Shown here: piece after piece, positions 59,015 through 64,000 of the stretch
Numbering within the stretch: the first letter of the stretch is position 1
Layout of the letters: every line of letters begins with the position of its first letter
Translations under genes and position numbers: made by a program
The notes under the pieces: model-generated
The model's database searches: none
What the model saw: the letters and a program-made list of their open reading frames with translations, nothing else
What the model was told of the DNA's origin: nothing
DNA from: Candidatus Omnitrophota bacterium
Lineage (GTDB): Bacteria; Omnitrophota; Gorgyraeia; Zapsychrales; Fredricksoniimonadaceae
Length of the DNA stretch: 64,000 nt
Direction of reading: 5' to 3'
NCBI GenBank assembly: GCA_903860135.1
Contig: CAIOPG010000014.1
Coordinates: 23,180-87,179 of the forward strand

Positions 59015-60397
59015 TTAGGCGGACTTCCCTTCCAACAGATATTTACTTTTGTTTTTAGGAATATCGACAGGGTACTGGCCCGAATAACAGGCGTGACAAA
59101 ACCCCTTGCCATCTTTCATGACCGACAGCATCCCCTCAAGGCTCAAGAACTGAAGGGAATCAACCTCGATAAAGTCCGCGATCTCCTGGATCGTCTTGCC
59201 ATGAGCCAGCAGTTCGCCAACCGACGGGAAATCAATGCCGTAGAAACACGGGGCAATGATCGGCGGACAGGTGATGCGCATATGGATCTCTTTGGCTCCA
59301 GCCGCGCGGATCTCACGCACACGGCTGCGGCTGGTTGTGCCGCGCACGATCGAATCCTCGACGACAACGATCTTCCGGCCCCGGATCACATCACGGATAG
59401 GATTCAGCTTCACCCGCACACGAAAATCCCTTAGGAACTGCGATGGCTGAATGAACGTGCGCCCGATATAATGATTACGGATCATCCCTACTTCATAAGG
59501 GAGCTTTAATTCCCCGGCGTACCCGAGTGCCGCGGAGACTCCGGAATCAGGGATCGGCATGACAAAATCAACACCCGGCACCGGTGCTTCCTTGGCCAGC
59601 TGAGCCCCCAGGCGCTTTCTGACCAGATAGACATTATCATCAAAAATATGACTGTCCGGACGGGCAAAATAAACATTTTCAAAGACACACTGGGCTTTTT
59701 TTGCTGTGGCCTGCCCAGGCAAAAAAACCGACTCCAGCTTACTGCCCCGGATAATGACCACCTCGCCCGGCGCGATCTCGCGAACAAACTCCGCCTTGAT
59801 CAAGTCTAGCGCGCACGTTTCGCTCGCCAGGACATAACCGTCACCCAGCTTCCCCAGCACAAGCGGACGAAAACCCTGCGGATCACGGGCACCGACTAGC
59901 GTATCCTCGATCATAAAAATAACAGAGAATGATCCCTGCAGCTGCGCCAGGACATCCACAAACCATTTCTTGTAATCACCATTGGGCGTCTTGACAAGGA
60001 GATGGACCAGGATCTCGGAATCCATCGACGTCTGAAAAATAGAACCACCGTCTTCAAGTCGGCGATACAGGTCTTCGGTGTTGGTCAAATTGCCGTTATG
60101 CGCAACCGCGATGGGACGATTACGGTGCGTGACAAGGAACGGCTGGCAATTCTTGATATTGCTGGAACCGGTGGTGGAATAACGGGTGTGCGCAATGGCG
60201 GTGCGGCCCTTGAGCGAATTGAGGGCCTCCTCGCCAAAAACATCAAACACCAGCCCGCGGTCCTTAATGATATGCACATTGCCGTCATACGTGGCGATAC
60301 CCGAAGCCTCTTCACCGCGGTGCTGCAGGGCATACAACCCCAAGTACGCGATCTTGGATGCTTCAGGATGATCGGAAATACCAATGATGCCGCACAT
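59015..60397 (-). CDS. purF: Amidophosphoribosyltransferase
   Basis: MCGI, LQHRG, HTRYST, HNGN, YFARPDS, DSIVRGTT. Confidence 0.98.
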   Translation of the reverse strand: MCGIIGISDHPEASKIAYLGLYALQHRGEEASGIATYDGNVHIIKDRGLVFDVFGEEALNSLKGRTAIAHTRYSTTGSSNIKNCQPFLVTHRNRPIAVAHNGNLTNTEDLYRRLEDGGSIFQTSMDSEILVHLLVKTPNGDYKKWFVDVLAQLQGSFSVIFMIEDTLVGARDPQGFRPLVLGKLGDGYVLASETCALDLIKAEFVREIAPGEVVIIRGSKLESVFLPGQATAKKAQCVFENVYFARPDSHIFDDNVYLVRKRLGAQLAKEAPVPGVDFVMPIPDSGVSAALGYAGELKLPYEVGMIRNHYIGRTFIQPSQFLRDFRVRVKLNPIRDVIRGRKIVVVEDSIVRGTTSRSRVREIRAAGAKEIHMRITCPPIIAPCFYGIDFPSVGELLAHGKTIQEIADFIEVDSLQFLSLEGMLSVMKDGKGFCHACYSGQYPVDIPKNKSKYLLEGKSA

Positions 60398-60460
60398 AAA
60401 CAAGGGCCTTTTTATCCCGGGGAAAAACCTTGCCGCCGGGAGGATCGCGGAGAATCGGGA

Positions 60461-63400
60461 TTAACTGCGACTGTAATACGCTTGTAATGACTCGACGGTA
60501 AAACCTTCTTTTAAACTTGCCTCAATGCCGTGCACCGCCGCCCACGCGCCCTGAAGGGTCGTGATGCAGGGGATCGCGTGACGGATCGCGGTCGAACGGA
60601 TCCGGCGCATATCCGACTGGCTCTTTTTGCCCGAAGGCGTATTGATAACCAGGTTGATCTCGCTCTTTTCAAGAAGGGTCAGCACATTGCGCTCCCCCTC
60701 GCCTGTCTTGTCCAGAATAAGCGCCGCCACCCCGCTGGAACGCAAGACCTTGGCTGTTCCCTTGGTCGCATAGATCTTGAACCCAAGATCATGCAGCCTT
60801 TTGGCCATGAAAGCAATGTGCCGCTTGTCATTTTCATTAACACTGATAAAGACCGAACCTTTTTTAGGCAGCGCCTGATTGGCCGCGATCTGACTCTTGG
60901 CAAACGCCGCACCGAAAGTCGGCGCCATGCCCATGACCTCGCCCGTCGATTTCATCTCGGGACCAAGGATAATGTCAACACCCGAGAAGCGCGAAAACGG
61001 CAGGACACATTCCTTAACAGAGACAAGCTTCAGGTGCTCAATATCAGGCAGGGCAGGAAAATGGCTCAACTTCTCGCCGGCCATGATGCGCGCCGCTATC
61101 TTGGCCAAGGGCACGCCGATAGCCTTGGACACAAACGGCACCGTGCGCGACGCCCGCGGGTTCACTTCAAGCACAAAAACCTTCTCGCCCTTGACAGCAA
61201 ACTGAATATTGAGCAGTCCGACCACATTCAGGGCCAGCGCGATACGCCGGGTGCTTGCCTTGATCTCGGCGAGAATGTCCTCACTCAAGGTGTGCGGCGG
61301 CAAGACGCAGGCGGAATCACCGGAATGAATGCCGGCATTCTCAATGTGCTCCATGATCCCGGCAACAAACACATCCTTGCCATCACAGATCGCGTCAACA
61401 TCAACTTCCATCGCATCTTCGATGAATTTATCAATAAGGATCGGATGGCCGCGCGACACATCCGCGACCTCGTCAATGAACGTCAACAGGGTCTCTTCGT
61501 CAAAAACAATACGCATGGCGCGTCCGCCTAGGACATAAGAAGGGCGCACCAGAACAGGATAGCCGACGCGCGATGCCGCGGCAATGGCATCATCGACCGA
61601 GGCGGCGATCTCATTCGATGGCTGGGCGATCTTAAGCTGATTTAAAAGGGCCGAAAAACGTTCGCGGTTTTCCGCCACATCAATGGCGTCAACACTGGTG
61701 CCAATGATCGGCACCCCTGCCTGCTGAAGGCGGCGCGCCAGGTTGAGCGGTGTCTGTCCGCCGAACTGGACGATGACCCCGTCGGGCTTTTCGACATCCA
61801 CGATATTCATTACATCTTCAAACGTAAGCGGCTCAAAATACAAACGGTCAGAAGTATCATAATCGGTCGAGACAGTTTCAGGATTGGAATTGACCATGAT
61901 CGTCTCAAAGCCGCGTTCTTTCAGCGCAAAAGCCGCGTGACAACAGCAATAATCAAACTCGATGCCCTGACCGATCCGGTTAGGACCACCACCGAGGATC
62001 ATGATCTTCCGGCGCGGGCCCTTGGTAGCCTTGCTGAGCTTTTCATTCTGAAGGATCGCTTCATCTTCAGTCTCATACGTCGAATAGAAATAAGGGGTGT
62101 ACGCCTCAAACTCGGCGGCGCAAGTATCCACCGCCTTGAACGTGGCCACCACACCGGCCTCTTTGCGCCACTGGCGGACATCGCCCTCGCTCAGGCTGGT
62201 AATGTCAGCCAGCTGAACATCGGAGAAGCCCCATTCCTTGGCCTTGCGCAGCGTTTTAATATCAAGCTTCCGGTCGGCCGCGACCAGCGCGATCATTTCA
62301 CGCTCGAATTCGACCAACTGCAACATCTGGGCAACAAACCATTTATCCACACGGGTCGCTGTCACCACCTGGTCAACGGTAAGTCCTTTTTGAAGCGCGT
62401 ACTTCATATAAAAAATACGCGACGCATTGGGCTCGCGCAGGCGCAACATCATTTTCTCATCATCGACAAAGCGGTAATCCATTTTATTATCCAACCCGGC
62501 GTGATGGATCTCAAGGCCACGCAGACCCTTTTGCAGGGCTTCCTTGAACGTGCGCCCGATGGCCATGGTCTCACCCACAGATTTCATCTGCACACCCAGG
62601 ATATCCTTGGCTTCGGGGAACTTTTCAAAAGTGAAGCGCGGGATCTTGATCACGCAATAATCAATGACGGGCTCAAAAGACGCCGGGGTCTCGCGCGTGA
62701 TATCGTTCTGGATCTCGTCGAGCGTATAACCGACTGCAAGCTTGGCCGCAAACTTGGCGATAGGGAACCCCGTGGCCTTGGAAGCCAGGGCCGAGGAACG
62801 CGACACGCGCGGATTCATTTCAATGACGACCACACGCCCGCTCTGGGGGTGCACGGCAAACTGTATATTCGACCCGCCCGTTTCAACGCCGATCTCACGA
62901 ATCAAGGTCAGGGCCTGGTCGCGCATATTCTGGTATTCACGGTCCGTCAACGTTTGCGCTGGGGCCACCGTGATCGAATCACCTGTATGCACGCCCATCG
63001 CATCAAAATTTTCAATGGAACACACAATGACAACATTGTCTTTCTTGTCGCGCATGAGCTCAAGCTCATACTCTTTCCAGCCCTCGATGGACTCTTCGAT
63101 AAGGATCTCGCTAATCATACTGCTTTCAATGCCAAGTTTAGCTTTGGCTTCAAATTCCTCACGGCTGTAAACAATAGACCCGCCCGTACCGCCGAGGGTA
63201 AAACTCGAACGAATAATGCACGGGAACCCGATCTCGCCGGCAGCAACAAACGCCTCTTCCATCGTGTGCGCGAAAGTACTCTTGGGCAGGTCAAGCCCTA
63301 CCCGCTGGCAGGCCTGTTTGAACAGACGGCGATCTTCCGCTTTCTTGATGACTTCGTATTTGGCGCCGAGCATCTCAACCTTGTACTTTTCGAGGACACC

Positions 63401-63715
63401 TTTTTCCCAAAGCTCAACAGCAAGATTCAGCCCCGTCTGGCCGCCCAATGTCGGCAGGATGGCATCAGGCCGCTCCTTGGCGATAATCTGTTCTAGGAAC
63501 TCAACGTTCAGCGGTTCAATGTATGTTTGGTCGGCGGTTTCAGGGTCGGTCATGATCGTGGCTGGATTAGAATTGACCAGCACGATAGAGTAACCTTCCT
63601 CACGCAGGGCCTTGCACGCCTGAGTGCCGGAATAATCGAATTCGCAAGCCTGTCCGATAACGATCGGACCAGAACCAATCAGGAGGATCTTCTTGATGTC
63701 GGTGCGTTTAGGCAT
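60461..63715 (-). CDS. carB: Carbamoyl-phosphate synthase large subunit
   Basis: [28 protein letters not shown], second ATP-grasp half, MGS domain. Confidence 0.99.
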   Translation of the reverse strand: MPKRTDIKKILLIGSGPIVIGQACEFDYSGTQACKALREEGYSIVLVNSNPATIMTDPETADQTYIEPLNVEFLEQIIAKERPDAILPTLGGQTGLNLAVELWEKGVLEKYKVEMLGAKYEVIKKAEDRRLFKQACQRVGLDLPKSTFAHTMEEAFVAAGEIGFPCIIRSSFTLGGTGGSIVYSREEFEAKAKLGIESSMISEILIEESIEGWKEYELELMRDKKDNVVIVCSIENFDAMGVHTGDSITVAPAQTLTDREYQNMRDQALTLIREIGVETGGSNIQFAVHPQSGRVVVIEMNPRVSRSSALASKATGFPIAKFAAKLAVGYTLDEIQNDITRETPASFEPVIDYCVIKIPRFTFEKFPEAKDILGVQMKSVGETMAIGRTFKEALQKGLRGLEIHHAGLDNKMDYRFVDDEKMMLRLREPNASRIFYMKYALQKGLTVDQVVTATRVDKWFVAQMLQLVEFEREMIALVAADRKLDIKTLRKAKEWGFSDVQLADITSLSEGDVRQWRKEAGVVATFKAVDTCAAEFEAYTPYFYSTYETEDEAILQNEKLSKATKGPRRKIMILGGGPNRIGQGIEFDYCCCHAAFALKERGFETIMVNSNPETVSTDYDTSDRLYFEPLTFEDVMNIVDVEKPDGVIVQFGGQTPLNLARRLQQAGVPIIGTSVDAIDVAENRERFSALLNQLKIAQPSNEIAASVDDAIAAASRVGYPVLVRPSYVLGGRAMRIVFDEETLLTFIDEVADVSRGHPILIDKFIEDAMEVDVDAICDGKDVFVAGIMEHIENAGIHSGDSACVLPPHTLSEDILAEIKASTRRIALALNVVGLLNIQFAVKGEKVFVLEVNPRASRTVPFVSKAIGVPLAKIAARIMAGEKLSHFPALPDIEHLKLVSVKECVLPFSRFSGVDIILGPEMKSTGEVMGMAPTFGAAFAKSQIAANQALPKKGSVFISVNENDKRHIAFMAKRLHDLGFKIYATKGTAKVLRSSGVAALILDKTGEGERNVLTLLEKSEINLVINTPSGKKSQSDMRRIRSTAIRHAIPCITTLQGAWAAVHGIEASLKEGFTVESLQAYYSRS

Positions 63716-64000
63716 GTTTTTTATGTTTATCCATCATAGAGGTGAACGTATTGAACAGATACTGGGCGTCGCGCGGCCCGGGAGCGGCTTCAGGATGATA
63801 CTGAACCGAAAAGAGAGGGTGTTTCTTGTGGCGTAGCCCCTCGACCGTCCGGTCATTCAAATTAATGTGCGCGGCTTCGACGTCAGCCGCGTTGAGGCTC
63901 TGGATATCCACACAAAAACCATGATTTTGCGACGTGATACTGATGCGGCCGGTCTCAAGGTCCTTAACCGGATGATTACTGCCATGATGCCCGAACTTAA
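63708..64000 (-). CDS. carA: Carbamoyl-phosphate synthase small subunit, 3' part (continues beyond window)
   Basis: [38 protein letters not shown]. Confidence 0.97.
   Translation of the reverse strand, partial: KFGHHGSNHPVKDLETGRISITSQNHGFCVDIQSLNAADVEAAHINLNDRTVEGLRHKKHPLFSVQYHPEAAPGPRDAQYLFNTFTSMMDKHKKHA

Noticed and set aside
61937-63496. Long plus-strand ORFs (also 3815-4885, 35568-36653, 57759-58901, 60530-61531)
   Set aside because: Antisense shadows of carB, secA, glmS and pyrG, explained by codon bias; no motifs

Overview
Bacterial chromosomal window, most likely from Candidatus Omnitrophota (inferred from the giant-protein N-terminal domain with its GGIDFN tail and from gene content; not verified by search). 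It is mostly minus-strand housekeeping: lipid A acyltransferase, lnt, secA, prfB (programmed +1 frameshift), ychF, uvrC, murJ, rpsT, holA, lptE, bamD, comEC/comEA, leuS, the pyrRBCKDF operon with a PyrR attenuator, rsmI, glmS, a divergent rpmA, trmB, uppP, rpe, pyrG, purF and carB/carA, plus four tRNAs (Asp, Val, Glu, Leu). Accessory DNA includes a toxin-antitoxin cluster between ychF and uvrC bounded by a duplicated uvrC 3' end, a higBA pair, and a decayed islet downstream of tRNA-Glu (YhcG/DUF1016, Fic, transglycosylase plus lipoprotein). The best candidate for an undescribed system is a ~1830-aa modular membrane protein (29038-34536) with a buried GlmS-like amidotransferase/SIS module, lying one gene from the true glmS. 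Its leader has tandem terminators overlapped by ANTAR-like hexaloop hairpins that resemble the clearer ANTAR-type leader of amtB-glnK in the same window. Also notable are a Flp-like prepilin ending in a thrombospondin-type-1-like motif, an Amt with a Glu-His pore, and palindrome-encoded repeats inside yhcG. No database search or folding program was run; family calls come from motif recognition.
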